The notes under the pieces: generated by a model | Told to the model about the DNA's origin: nothing | The model's database searches: none | The model's input: only the letters and a program-made list of their open reading frames with translations | Assembly: GCF_006345805.1 (NCBI RefSeq) | Contig: NC_042998.1 | Span: 183,272,001-183,336,000 of the forward strand | Reading direction: 5' to 3' | DNA from: Octopus sinensis | Lineage: Eukaryota | DNA length: 64,000 nt | In this document: piece after piece, positions 1 to 13,520 of the stretch | Position numbering within the stretch: the stretch's first letter is position 1 | Layout: each line of letters starts with the position of its first letter | Made by a program: the position numbers and the translations under genes

Positions 1-479
1 AAGTCTGTTAAGGTTTATAGGAAAGAGAGAAAAGTTACTTATTTGTCTTAAACTGGAAGAGTCCAACATAAGAATCTGTATGTGCATGTCCGTATGTAAT
101 TTGTTGGTTATATGTTGAGGTATGTGCTTGCCCTTTACAAGTATGAATTTAATACATCAGCATCTGATACTTTGTTAATTACTGAAATATGAAAACTTAG
201 CATCTAATTCATTTATGAAGATTTTTGTTTTTTTTTAAACTTTCTTCCTTCCTTCTCAATTTTTCATTTCTCTTAAATCTCCCTTTCTTTATTATTTGTA
301 CTTGTGGTTAAGCTACAGGACTGCCATTGCTTATGTTGTTACTTCCTGATCTGCCACAAGCATTTATTTGTTACACACCTCTGCGAGATTTTTTTTTTTT
401 TTTCTCATAAGAGAGTCCCAACCAAGAAAGAAGCCACTTAGTGTAAGAGACTATGAAGAGAAACTAAGATGAAAGAAAT

Positions 480-900
480 GAGTTTACTTTAGACTTGAAG
501 TAGTTCATGCCATAAGGAGGGAAACATTGAGATGGAAGAGAGTTCTAAAGTCTGGCAGTATGAGGGGGGGAAAAGCTATGACAATAGAAAGAATTCTTTA
601 TTGGTGGAAACACAACTGCATTTTGATGAAGACTCTGTGAGTTTTGGGTCAGGCAAGATGGCACAAAGTGATCTGGAACTAAGAGAGGAAGTTCATCAGA
701 GGTCTTCCTGTAGCAATAATGATAGAACAAAACTAAGACTGGTGATGTCATATTGATGTGACAAGGGTTGCAGAATCGAACCCATTCAAGGAGATCCAAG
801 TGTCAAGATGGTGCACCTGCCCAAATATGATAACAATATTCCATACAAGGATGAATTGATGACTTGTAAAGATGTGCCTCTTGCTTCAGACTATGTTGAT
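480..900 (-). mobile_element. Degenerate L2/CR1-superfamily LINE, RT C-terminal remnant
   Basis: Minus-strand reading with stops (ILQPLSHQYDITSLSFVLS...SISMFPSLW) resembles the PLSHRRDVASL...SVFP tail of L2/CR1-group ORF2. Confidence 0.5.
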
Positions 901-1431
901 AGTTCCTTCTAGGAAATCTTTTTAAAATTTTGCGTTTCCCCTGCTTATCACTTTAATTTAAACTGAACACTTTCAAATTCCGATTGATGAAAAGATGAGG
1001 AGTTTAATTTGATTTGTCTATTTTTATTACTTGATTCATAATTCAGGCTCTCAGCATTACATAAAAGTTTATTTTCCTTTACATGTGTCAGCTGAACAGG
1101 CATAAATATAACATTTTTCCATATGCACTAATTCTGCTGCATTTTATATGTGATCCCCAACTGAATGACCTCACACTCTCTCCAAATAAGCAAGTTTCTA
1201 CCTGATCACTCAACCTGCTAGAAATCTTCCTTTCACACCAACTTCAATGTCTTATAAAAGGACCGATTAGATAATGCTATCTTTGACATAGGAACTGGGA
1301 TATGATCATGGTTGGAATGTCTTTCATCATATGTGTGCTCTAACATGTCTCCTAGGGCTAAATAACAACATATTTTACCTACCCATATGTCATATCCCCA
1401 GAACCTGCCATATGTATGTATGAGTGAAATA

Positions 1432-1597
1432 TAAAAAGTACCCACTACACTCTGTAAAGTGGTTGGTGTCGGAAAGGGCATCCAGCCATAGAAACCATGC
1501 CAAATCAGATTGAAACCTGTTGTAGCTTACCAGTTTTCAGTCAAACCATCCGACCCCTGCCAGTATGGAAAACAGACATTAAATTGTGATGATGATG
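1432..1597 (+). mobile_element. SINE family A (RTE-like 3' end, (GAT)n tail), partial
   Basis: Shares the cccactacactc...gaagggcatccagc...catggaaaac.gac.ttaaa core and GAT tail with more than 20 other copies in the window. Confidence 0.8.
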
Positions 1598-2321
1598 AAA
1601 TACTGGGGTTAATATGATCAGCTAAAACCCTGGAAGCAGAGCCGTAGTAAGATGGCTGACACCAATAAAGAAATAAAAAAAATATTCATGCAATTGCTTT
1701 TTTGGTACCCATCCACTAATATCTTTGATAACCAGTCAATTTCTCTGCTCAAATGACCAAGGCTGGTTTTGAACTTAGGATGTGAGTAAATGCTGTAAAC
1801 AACTCAAACAATTCTGTCATCACTAATTAATAATGATAATTTATTACAATTGATATGTTTAATGTATTATAATTTAATTTTTACTTATGTATTTTTCTCT
1901 CTTTGAATATGCTGTAGAATATTTATTTTTAGATTTTTTTTTTTTTTCCGAGACATCTGGAGCAAATATCTTTTATAAATGAATGTCCTTCCTATCACTT
2001 CCTCATTCAGCCATACGAATGAAGGTCACCTGCTTTCTAGTAAGTGAAGCAAATGAAGTTATGTCCCCTTCATAACAAGCAAAAATGAAAGCTACAGTAC
2101 AGTTCGAACTTAGTCAAACAGTTTCGGTCTTTTGTCCCTGATTTTATTTTATCTTGTGTAGATTTTAAAAATTTTTTATTATAATATATTTATAGATGTA
2201 ACTTTGCCAAAACTGCACCCCAAATAATAGGTTTCCTTTTCATAGATATTTCTATCTTAATTAGTTGCTGACCTACAGTACTCAAATAAGACACACACCC
2301 TTATTACTAGAGTACTTGCTT

Positions 2322-2520
2322 AAGGTGGTGACATGGCAAAGCTGTTAGCACACCAGACAAATGTTTAGTGGCATTTCTTCTGCCTCTTTATATTCTCACC
2401 TGGTTCAAATTTCACTGAGATCAACTTTGCCTTTCATCTATTCAGGGTCGATAAAATAAATAACAGTTGAGTACTGTAATTAATGTAATTGATGGCTTTG
2501 TGCCAAAATTAGAATTATTA
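2322..2520 (+). mobile_element. SINE family C (tRNA-like head), degraded
   Basis: Aligns with 25517-25747 (ttcaaatt...actttgcctttcatc...ggtcgataaa). Confidence 0.7.
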
Positions 2521-3854
2521 GTACTGCTTGCATAGGTGGAGGAGTGCTTCTGTTCCACACCAGAACATCATATTCTACATCTAAATGAAGGCCATTTAAT
2601 TGTAATTGCTAAAGATTCAATTACCAACAAGTTCACTGGCACATACACATTGTTTCTACTCTTTGTCTCTTCTGATCTTGCTAAATATATTTGTTTGCTA
2701 CAACCCTTTTTCCAGGCTTACTTAATACATCTTCTACTCTCTTCTCTCTATTCCAGTTTCCATAGCCAACAATTCTTTTCTGCTACAAAGATTAACTTCG
2801 TTTACTAATAAAATGCTTGACATATACAGACTAATTATTAATGTTGACCAGAATCCTTATAAAACATAACTCTCTCTCTCACCTATACATATATGTATAT
2901 AATCATTATCATCATCGTTTAACATCCGTTTTCCATGCTGGCAGGTTCCAGTCTGATTTGGCTTGGTTTCTACAGCTGGATGCCCTTCCTAATGCCAACC
3001 ACTTTACAGGGTTCAGTGGATGCTTTTTATGTGGCACACACAAACAGAGCTGGAAATTCTCACCTGCAAATTCCTACCTGTCAACATAACAGGTGTTGAA
3101 ACTGAACACAGATTTCATCAATATTATCAATGACAGCTGATGAAGGAACCTCTACATGGTTACTCCATTTGCTGAAAATATCAGCTAAATTTCCTTCAAA
3201 TCAGACCCTATTATCTTAAATAAGAAAAGGACTACATTGGATAATGCAGTCCAACATGACCCTAAATCAACAGAATAGTCATGGCTGGAATGCCTTTGAT
3301 CTTAAGTCCTCTGTCAGGGTTCACCAAAATCTAAATACCTTTCCTTAGTACTGTCCTGCTTTTCAAGTAACTCGGTTCACTTAGCTATAAATAAACATCA
3401 AAGGATAAGAACAACTTGCTGTAAGCAGTAGCAGCACCGTTTGCTTCACAATTGATTTTGTTTGTTTGTAGTATTGAGTTTAATGCTATTCCATTGATCG
3501 GATCAACTGGAATCCTCATCATCATAACCAGCGGAGTAGCAGTTCTATCTGGAGAATAACTACCAAGTATTTGGGTGATAGGATATATATATTCATTAAC
3601 CATTTAATAGTATGGAAATTGACGAAAGTACTTAATTACTGAATCCATATTGGACAAGAAGGGAAACAAACAGCAAATTGTTGGGGGTACTTTTACATAC
3701 AATTTCAATCACTAAACTTTTTGAAAGAAGGGCTATTCATGAGCATTGAAAGTGTATAAAGAAACAAATAAAATAAATATCTTATATTGTTCATTTCATC
3801 CTCTATTTTCCTTTTTGTCCAAATTATTCTTTAATCTTTATTTAAAGTTATGTC

Positions 3855-4290
3855 GTCATCATCATCATTTAACATCCATTTTCCATGCTGGCATAGGTTG
3901 GATGGTTTGACTGAGGTCTGGAGAGCCAGTGGCTGCACCAGGCTCCAATCTGATCTGGCAATGTTTCTGTAGCTGGATGCCCTTCCTAATGCCAACCACT
4001 CCAAGAGTGTAGTGGGTGCTTTTTACGTGCCACCAGCACAGGAACCAGTCAGGCAGTCCTGGCATCGATCATGTTCAGGTAATGCCTTTTACATGCCACC
4101 GGCACAGGAGCCAGTCAGCAGGTACTAGCATCAGTCACATTTAGATGGAGCTTTTTACATGCCACCGGTAGAGGAGCCAGTCACGGAACACTGGTATCGA
4201 CCATGTTCGGATGATGCATTTTACGTGCCACCAGAACAGGAGCCAGTCATGGGACACTGGCCACAGCTGCAATTTTGGTTTTACTTGACT
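3855..4290 (-). mobile_element. SINE family A with about 4 internal tandem units
   Basis: (CAT)n, conserved core, then repeated ttttac(g/a)tgccacc units about every 58 bp. Confidence 0.9.
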
Positions 4291-6256
4291 CAACAGGTCT
4301 TCTCAAGCATATCCTATCACTGTCTCAGGTAATTATTTAAATTGCACAAAGCCATCAATGTTGTTTGTAAATGTCTTTATATATAACATTAGAATATAAG
4401 AAATACTTATATCAACATAGTCTACAAACTTATCTCCCCAAAATACAAAGGTTGAATGTTCTAAATAGTAATCAAATAATATCAAGAGGAATTAAACCCT
4501 AGTTAAAAATATGCTGACCAACTAACCTTTCCATCCACTTACACTCTTTTGTGAACCCTTCAAAAACAAGCTATCCGAATTTCTCTCTAGTTACACATCT
4601 ACTGACAAATTAACCTTTTCACTTACATTCTTTTGAGAACTAGAGCAACCCAACTGTCTGAAAGTGACACACCTAAAGAGACACACCTGATTACAAAGTT
4701 TTACATCCATGACTGAATCCTGAACAATAGCACAACTCTAACTTTAAATAATAAAAATCTTCTACATATTTCCATCAGAACCTACAACCTAATTACCATT
4801 CAACATAGCCCCACCTATGCAAAAAAAGGAAGAAAAAAGAGGCAAACTTACCAGATCCCTAAATGAACTCAAATACACCACAGTTCAATGAAAGCTAGCA
4901 AGCCAAAACTTTGAAGTCACTATCACTGCTCTACTTGTAGAACTATAATAAATATGTGTTTGTGTGTGTTCACACAGACATCTGTTTTTCACACTGATTT
5001 TCCTCTAAACTTGGATATGTTATTGACACAACGATTCAGTCATAATAATCTCCAATTGTCTTCAAATGTCAATTCTGAATGAAACCAAGGGTCGATTCAG
5101 GAAGTATTATTTATGATCCTGGGTCTGGCCTCAAAATACAAGTGTTGCCATTTTAAGATACTTCAGAATTTTGTCTGAAGATTGTCTAAATATTTTTTTT
5201 TTATTATGTCTATTCTGTGCCTTAGACATCACCATGGAAATCATCTCAAAATATTAGCATTAGCATAGATCCAGCATGCCTGAAGAATATGGCAACAAAA
5301 TGCTTAAGTTCCTTAAAATGTCAACATTTGTCCTTTGCAACAAATTTTGACATTTTAGAACATCAGAGGCCCAGTTGTTAAAATAAAGCTTCTAATTTCA
5401 ATCTTCGGCCTAATTAAACAATATCACCTGAAGTTGATTGCTGATTGTACCAACCAAAACACCCAAAGAAAAAAAATTTTTTTTTTTTTTTAATGTCTGA
5501 TTTTTACAGCCATAATGCTGGTGCTGCATGAAAATCACTTAGTACACCCTGTAAATGATTTGTGTTAGAAGGGCATCCAGCCATAGAGACCATGCCAGAA
5601 CTGACAGTATAGCTTGTTACACTCCTTTAGCTTGCTGGTTCCTATCAAACTGTCCAGCCCATTCCAGCATGGAAAACAGACTTCAGATGGTGATCATGAT
5701 AATGATGGTTTTTACCAAAGACTTATTTGTCTTAAATATCTGCTGTAACACACTATTTCATTTTATAGGAACAAAGATAGCAAAATTTTTTAATGCTATC
5801 TATTGGTTTGAGAATGGAAGATGGATGGCTCATATGGTTTGGAATTTGGTCCCACTGTGTGACACCTTAGGAAAGTCTTTCCTTTTATAACTTCAGCCCA
5901 ACTAGTGCCTTGAGAGTGAATTTGATAAACAGAACCTGTGTGGAAGCCTGTCATATATGTATGTTTGTGTTTATCCCTCTTCCACCACTTGACAAATGGT
6001 GTTGGTTTGTTTACATCCCCAGAACCTATCAGTTTGGCAAAAAGATCAATAGAACAAGTGCCAGACTTTAAAAATAAGTACTAGGGTTGATTTGTTCAAT
6101 TAAACATTTCAAGGCTACTGTCCAATGACTGAAACAAGAAGAATATTGGGTACATTTTATTGTGGTACTGTGTTTGAGAGATATATGCATACACACATAC
6201 TCAGTTTCTTTTCCCATGCTGGAACAGATCCATCGAAATATGTTGGTGTAGGAAAT

Positions 6257-6530
6257 CATCATCATCATCATTTAACGCCAGCTTTCCATGCTAGCATGGG
6301 TTGGACAGTTCAACTGGGGTCTGGGAAGCCAGGAGGCTGCACCAGGCCCAGTCTGATCTGGCAGTGTTTCTACAGCTGGATGCCCTTCCTAATGCCAACC
6401 ACTCCGTGAGTGTAGTGGGTGCTTTTTACGTGCCACCAGCACGGTACCAGGCGAGGCTGGCAACAGCCACGATCGGCTGGTGCTTTTTACATGCCACCGG
6501 CACAGAGGCCAGTCATGGCGGCACTAACAA
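6257..6530 (-). mobile_element. SINE family A
   Basis: (CAT)n tail, conserved core, two internal units. Confidence 0.9.
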
Positions 6531-7142
6531 CAATATATTAATTTTAATAGTCCTCTTATTTTATATGTACTACAACAAATCCAGACCTAGTGGTGCTATA
6601 ATTTCAAAGTAGATAAACAGCAATGCATGAATTATACATTGCAACATGGATAAAAGCAAGGTTTACATATGTTGTCTAAGGTAATTACAATGAATATGGA
6701 GAATGTCTTGTAAATACACTCAGTAAAATATTTATAATCCAGTGAAGCAAACCCAGGATTTACCCATCAGATAAAATGCATTATGATTGCTTACTTGAAG
6801 TAATCCTAGTTGCTCCTTACAGCTCAATGCAGTTAACCATAACCTGGATTATAACTGAGTGCTTGCACAGTACCCACCTGGATACTTTAACCCTATCCAT
6901 TATGTATAAAATATGTAATTGTAAGATCCAAGGATCTATGTGATGGAAGTTAGTAAGCCTTGAGCAGTTCATGATTGGTATAAAAAAACAACTTTCAGGA
7001 ACAATAATAGTTTATTGGTATAGAAGTTTGTAGGCTGTTCCCATATCGAAGTTTGATAAACTGAATAAGGTTTTATAGTTTATTGTTAGCAACTAGTGAT
7101 GTTATGAATGTGAATAAACATCCAAATTGAAGGAATGGAACA

Positions 7143-7515
7143 GGTAGGAGTGGCTGTGTGGTAAGTAGCTTGCTTACCAACCACATGGTTCCGGGCTCAG
7201 TCCCGCTGCGTAGCACCTTGGGCAAGTGTCTTCTACTATTGCCTCAGGCCGACCAAAGCCTTGTGAGTGGATTTGGTAGACGGAAACTGAAAGAAGCCCG
7301 TCATATATATGTATATATATGTTTGTGTTTGTCCCCCCAACATCACTTGACAACTGATGCTGGTGTGTTTACATCCCTGTAACTTAGCTGTTCGGCAAAA
7401 GAGACCAATAGAATAAGTACTAGGCTGACAGAGAATAAGTCCTGGTGTCGATTTGCTTGACTAAAGACGGTGCTCCAGCATGGCCACAGTCAAATGACTG
7501 AAACAAGTAAAAGAG
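7143..7515 (+). mobile_element. SINE family B (tRNA-derived head, internal TA/TG microsatellite), full length
   Basis: ggagtggctgtgtggtaag (A-box-like), ggctcagtccc (B-box-like), 3' end gactgaaacaagtaaaagag; close copies at 14736, 21779 and 56684. Confidence 0.9.
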
Positions 7516-7791
7516 TAGGTAAAATCCAGGCTACATATGTTTCCTGGATAGCAGATCTTCAGCAGTAATAATTACTCAACAATCCCAAGTTAACTCACTG
7601 AAGATATAATTTAAAATTTAAATTAAATCTTTATTGAGTTAACTTGGGATTCCTTAGCAACAATGTATCCTAAATTTAACTAAGGTGTCTTTAGCCTGAT
7701 GAGTAGTTAGTGGAGTACCCTACATCGAGTAATTATTACTTCTGAAGATCTGCTAGCTAGGAATCATACGTAGCCTGGATTTTACCTACTC
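7513..7791. mobile_element. MITE with about 65-bp terminal inverted repeats
   Basis: gagtaggtaaaatccaggctac...cagcagtaataattactc matches the reverse complement of gagtaattattacttctgaag...gtagcctggattttacctactc; also an internal IR atcccaagttaactca/tgagttaacttgggat. Confidence 0.85.
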
Positions 7792-7817
7792 CATTCCTTT
7801 AATTTGGCTATATATAT

Positions 7818-8106
7818 AAAACAATTGCAGCATGAAAGGTGTTTATAAGCCATTTAAGAAACACAAAAAAACCGTTAGATTCACTTCAACATTTAAATTT
7901 AATTTGTCAAAATATTTTCGTCGCTTTGAGATAGTGACCTGTTCACTGACAAAATTCTGTGCAGCATGGAATTTTGTCAGTGATCAGGTCGCTGTCTCAA
8001 AATGACGAAAATATTTTGACAAATTAAATTTAAATGTTAAAGTGAATCTAATGGTTTTGTGTGTTTCTTAAATAGCTTATAAACACCTTCCACGCTGCAA
8101 TTGTTT
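7818..8106. repeat. About 290-bp fold-back (whole-length imperfect palindrome), probably a non-autonomous element
   Basis: aaacaattgcagc...actgacaaaattc pairs with gaattttgtcagt...gctgcaattgttt; flanked by (TA)n. Confidence 0.9.
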
Positions 8107-9257
8107 GTGTTCCAGCACACGATCTCAGATCAGATCACTTACTATATATATATATAAAATGTTGTGAAAATAGCATTAATTATACATGTGTTCTTGAATT
8201 AAAGTTTCTTTTGAGTGCTCTACTTTGTGGGTGATGAGCCAATAATGTTGCTAAAGTTAACCAGAAAAGAAAATAACATGAGAAGTGATGGAAAATGAGT
8301 TATGGCAAATTGATTTCTTGTTTAGTTTAAATGTTTTGTTGTTTAAGACTAGTTAAAATAACATTTCCATACAAAAAGAGATTCTTCTGGTTCCTGTAGT
8401 ACAATTGTTTGCCAAGGAAAAGAGAATAAAGCAGTTTGTGTTTATATGGCTACTAGAATGCTGGTCACTGATTAGTTCAGAAAAACTAATGGAAAATGAA
8501 TGGTTAATGACTAAAATCATATAATTACATGCGGGCCACTATATCAACATTATAGTGAAATATTATGGCAATGATGAATATTTCAAAAATCTCCTGTTCT
8601 TGAAAGGAACATAATCATCACACCTCACTATTTTTCTTTCACTACAAGTCTAAAACCAGGTCTACATATAAAAGAAAATACATTGTTTTGACCAATACGC
8701 CAGATTTCAATTCTTGGCTAAACACATTTTTTCTTCCCTCCTGTCACTTAATGCCTTTGATAAAAGTATGTACATTACATTCTCTAAAAAGATTCATGCT
8801 TCATGTCTATTTAACATATGATAAATTTAAAAATGTGTTAGCAAATGGTAATAAAAAATTATCTCATCTCCTCGTAGTATGTGTCTAAACCAAACATTTA
8901 TCTCTATTTGCATTAGTCTTCATGCTTAATTAAGAAATTTATTGTTGATATTAATTTCATTATTGCTGTGATTATTATTATCATTATTATCATCACTATC
9001 ATTATTTCTTTTTCATCTCTTATCCTGAAATGAATAGAACATCATTTGTCAAATGGTAAGAGAAAATTTCATTTAATTTTGTTCAAAATGTATTATAATG
9101 TTTCAGAGTTTTATAATTTTGTTTTTTTCCTACAATTATCTGAATTGTAGTTATGCCAAAAAAACTGAACACTTACATTACTTCCCTAAACAAATTGCCT
9201 TATAACATACTTCAGCTATTTTATTTCATATTTTATTACAATCTGTGAACATTATAG

Positions 9258-9319
9258 GCTGCAGGTTTCCAGTAGGACAATCACCAGTTCATTACAATTC
9301 TGAACGCAAGTGTGATGAG
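9258..9319 (+). CDS. Penultimate coding exon of an unidentified gene (GCRFPVGQSPVHYNSERKCDE)
   Basis: attatag| acceptor and GAG|gtagta donor; open frame, phase 1 to 0; joins in frame to 9402 over an 82-nt intron. Confidence 0.6.
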
Positions 9320-9401
9320 GTAGTATCTAACCTAGTGCAGATTAAATATCTCAGGACTTCATAAAACACTGCTTCTTTCTTATCTTACCAATGTTTATAA
9401 G

Positions 9402-9485
9402 CTGCCGGACGAGATAGTGAAGATGCCAATGACCGGTCGGTTCAAAGTCTCTCTTGACCAGAAATGGCCTGAGCTCTTTGTATGA
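9402..9485 (+). CDS. Probable last coding exon of the same gene (LPDEIVKMPMTGRFKVSLDQKWPELFV*)
   Basis: tttataag| acceptor, GC-richer coding-like sequence, TGA 9483-9485, AATAAA at 9546. Upstream exons were not securely found. Confidence 0.6.
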   Translation: MPDEIVKMPMTGRFKVSLDQKWPELFV

Positions 9486-9611
9486 CCATCCTCCCTGTAC
9501 ATAACTCCCTTTCCCCTACATGGCCTTGCTTTTGCATTTTGAGCCAATAAAAGTTAAATTAAATTAAAAATTTAAAAATTTCTTTCACTTATATACAACC
9601 ACAAAAGAAAT

Positions 9612-9842
9612 CATCATCATCATTTAACGTCCGTTTTCCATGCTAGCATGGGTTGGACGATTTGACTGAGTTCTGGCGAACCAGACTCCAATCTGATCTG
9701 GCAGAGTTTCTACAGCTGGATACCCTTCCTAACGCCAACCACTTCGAGAGTGTAGTGAGTGCTTTTACGTGCCACTGGCACGAGGGCCAGCTTGGTGGTA
9801 CTGGCAATGGCAATGCCCAAATGGTGCTTTTTACATGCCATC
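9612..9842 (-). mobile_element. SINE family A
   Basis: (CAT)n tail and conserved core. Confidence 0.9.
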
Positions 9843-10930
9843 CGCATATATAACCTATTGTTAACAAATTTCACTCACAACATATTGACCAACTTGATTT
9901 TATGATCAAAAAAACACTGAAGGAACCACAGAAGGTGATTGAACCTGGAACCATGTGGTTGCAAAATGAACTTAACCAAACAGCCATGCTTGCATAATAA
10001 TAATGATAATCACATACTTTTATTTTTACAATAAATATTATTGTATACTATACACTTTCAGAATCAATGTTTGGCTGTAGTAACTACAGCAACAGGCAAC
10101 TACTATCCTCTTCCACCCATTATGGATATCATAATTAGTTGAGGTCCCATGGTCAGGTGATAAACACTGGCCATTGGTGGAAATTGAATTCAGGATACAA
10201 AGATCTGGAACTGATATCACAAGGCATCTTGTTTGATACTCTAAAAATTCTTCGAATCTACTTGTTCTGGACTGGTCTGGTCTTTAATTTATTGATCCTG
10301 AAAAGAGGGAAGGTAAAGTTTGTCTTGGAAGGATTTGAACTGGTGCAAATATTACAAGGCATTCTATCTTATGCTCTCTAACAACTCTGCCACCATAGTT
10401 TATTATTAAATAATATACTGTATATGTTTACACTGCAGTTGAATAGTGTGTCAGTGACCAGGTTGTAGATGTTGAACATCTTTTGGTGGTGATTTTTAAA
10501 GGATAATTTACTAAAGAAAATACTACATATGGTATTTATGAAGAGTTTTCTCTCTTTTATCTTTCATACTTGTCACTTTTAATAATTTTCTTCATCCTAG
10601 TTTTCTTTCTTCTTTTTAATTTCTGCTTGTTTATGTTTACTAAAACTAATATTTACAAGATTTCTTACAAGAGCACTGTTTGTGACATCTTTTAATAAAA
10701 CATTAATGACTTAAGCATTCTGAAATAATTACAAGCAGGCATCATGTTGAGTCAGTGAGAGTCTATGACTGCTCTTCATTAATTATGCATCTTGGGAAGG
10801 CCAATTTGCACAGTTTAGTGTTAATTGACTGAACCTTAGAATATGGCTGGTATAAAAAGTAATGTCAACCATTTATCGTAATAGTTATTAAGCAAAAATA
10901 GCATTAGACATTTAGTCTGTTGCTCTGTCA

Positions 10931-11319
10931 TCTTTATATATAAAAGAGAGGTTGTGTGCTGTCTGTCTCCTACGATTTAGATTCCTAACTACCCCCACAT
11001 TTTGCGGTGCAGTTTAACCAAAACCGGGTATCTTATAGTCGTGATTCATATCGCGCCCTTCTGGGTATTAGCGTGAGTCTACGATTTAAAAAAAAATTTA
11101 CCATCAATTTTCCCCATTTTTAATGCATTTTTGGCATATATAAGGGAAGTAACTCTCTAAAAATTTATTATTAAATCTCAGAACGTAAAAAGCTACAGTA
11201 ACACCCCCCTCCCTTTTGTGGTTAGCCATATTGAGATGGCTATTATACTTTACATCTCTAAAAATGCTTATATAGTTATTTCCCTTACAAACCCGAGCAA
11301 CGCCGGGCGATACTGCTAG
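10931..11319 (+). mobile_element. Non-autonomous Helitron
   Basis: A|TCTTTATATATAAAA 5' end, subterminal hairpin cccg-agcaacgc-cggg, CTAG|T 3' end, no TSD; all classical Helitron hallmarks. Confidence 0.9.
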
Positions 11320-11530
11320 TTTCTTCTAAATCTCTTCTCTTTTCATAACACTCTTTATTAAAAGTTATTCTTTCATATCCATTACTCATATTGATGGGGT
11401 TTTTTTTTCTTTCTACTAACATGAAAAAAGGAAAAAAACTCTTATTTAATGTTGTCATTTTATAATTTGTTTTACATATGTGACATTTTAGAAATGCTAG
11501 TTTCTTTGTTCTTCCATTTGTTGTTCATTG

Positions 11531-11665
<135 letters not shown>

Positions 11666-11750
11666 CTTTATTTAAAAGCAGCAGAAATGTAACAAAAGCT
11701 GTTACTCAAAGTAACAGCTTTTGTTATATTTCTGCTGCTTTTAAATAAAG
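11666..11750. repeat. 40-bp-arm hairpin with 5-nt loop
   Basis: ctttatttaaaagcagcagaaatgtaacaaaagctgttac-tcaaa-gtaacagcttttgttatatttctgctgcttttaaataaag, with one G.T mismatch. Confidence 0.95.
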
Positions 11751-12399
11751 AATATTACTCTACCTCTGGTATTTGAGTACTCTTTTTTCCACCTTGTTTC
11801 ACATTTATGTGCTTACTCCGGTATATATATAGATAGATAGATAGATAGAGAATTGTGATTGTTTATCATTTTCTTCATCTGCTCCATTTTATTAGTATCA
11901 GCTCACTCAGAAATCCATTTTCTTTGTTGCCTAGTTTTACCTGCTAATGAATTATGTTATCATTATCGGTAACATTCAGGGACCCTTGCATACCATTAAT
12001 AAATGGTCAAATGTTGCATAGAAGTGTAACATGTACAGACATTTTAGCATTTTAACTCTTGATTCAAGCTAATTATTCTTTGTCAAATTGCTTTCTAGTT
12101 TCTTTTTTCTTAAACTATTCTGGGTCTAACTATGTTTTCTAAGTAGCAGAACATAAGTACTACTTCCAGTGATCCATCTGAACAATCTATGATTGTTTGG
12201 GGTCACTCTCAGTTGGAGATCCCAGTGTCAATTTTGAGTCCTACCTCCAATGAACACATTGAATTAGAACTCGTACTTGATTCAGTATTACTCTATGTAG
12301 AGTTATCTAAAACCTGAACAAGGAATGACTCAGGATATAGAACAATAAATTGCAAAAAAAATGTCCATGGTTTTTGTGGATTTTAAGTTGATTGACTTA

Positions 12400-13520
12400 A
12401 GGCAACTGGATGTCACATGGTTCAGTTTATAGAAATGGTGCAGATTCAAACTCAATACTCTGCTCAGTAAAAGAAGTGAAACATGAAGATTACAGTGGGA
12501 TCTGTGTGACTGGCAGGAATTCAAAGCACGGATGGATTACCCAAATAGCTCATTGGAAGTAATGCCTAAGTTCTGCTCTCTGTGGAACATAATTAATTTC
12601 ATAATGGTTCTACTGAAAAGATATTAGCTAAAGTAAGAATAGCATTGGGGAAGATTTTTATGAGTTGATGGCAATTAAGTAACAGGCTAAGTATAACTCT
12701 TAGATGTACAGTGTCAGAAAGAAAGAGTTAAATTCAGATTATGCAACAGAAGCAGCTCTGTGACGAAAACATTATGTATGTATGTTGTTTAAATGCCAGA
12801 AACTGCAGTTTTTTATTGGGGAAAAAATTACTTTCAAGATGTATCATCATCATCGTTTAACGTCCGTTTTCCATGCTAGCATGGGTTGGACGGTTCGACC
12901 AAGGTCTGGTAAGCCAGAAGGCTGCACCAGGCCCCAGTCTGATCTGGCAGTGTTTCTACAGCTAGATGCCCTTCCTAATGCCAACCACTCCGTGAGTGTA
13001 GTGGGTGCTTTTTACGTGCCAGGGGAGGCTGGCAATGGCCACAATCGGTTGGTGGTTTTTATGTGCCACAGGCACGGAAGCCAGTCATGGTGGTGCTGGC
13101 ATCAACCACCTACGGCCAGTATCATGTTAAATATATATATATATATATATACTTCAGAGGCGATTTCTTTCATCTAGCTCTAAAGCTGATTTTGTTGGGT
13201 ATTTTTTAACACTATATATCTTTAAAGCAGTTTTTTCCCCAGATGAAAAACCACAGCTTCTGGCATGTAAGCAACTCACACGTGTTAAGTAAATTGTATG
13301 GATAATGGATTGTTAAAGCAATTGAATATCAGGAATATTAGCTGATGTACGAACAATCACAGATGCACTTGAATGGACATTTAATACAAATTAATGATGT
13401 TTAAAAATAGGTGTTGTGTGTTGACTTGGAGAAGGAAGACCAAATAAAAAGTTGAAGGTGATGATACTCTAATTGAGAACATTGGTCTTCAAGGAAAAGA
13501 GATAAAGTACTTTACAAATA
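12400..13520 (+). mobile_element. Degenerate RTE-clade LINE 3' part, interrupted by a SINE-A insertion
   Basis: Reading SLEVMPKFC...KILAKVRIALGK resembles the RTE motif LEVVDSFCYLG...ARIRIAWGKF; GRP.K.W-like remnant near 13430. Confidence 0.55.
12843..13120 (-). mobile_element. SINE family A
   Basis: (CAT)n tail and conserved core; source of ORF 12782-13177. Confidence 0.9.

Noticed and set aside
3385-3603. 72-aa minus ORF and nearby + strand splice signals (3385-3420, 3472)
   Set aside because: No frame-consistent chain to the 9258 exon could be supported.
7143-7215. tRNA-like heads of SINE families B, C and D
   Set aside because: A/B-box-like motifs but no complete cloverleaf or terminator; they continue into SINE bodies.
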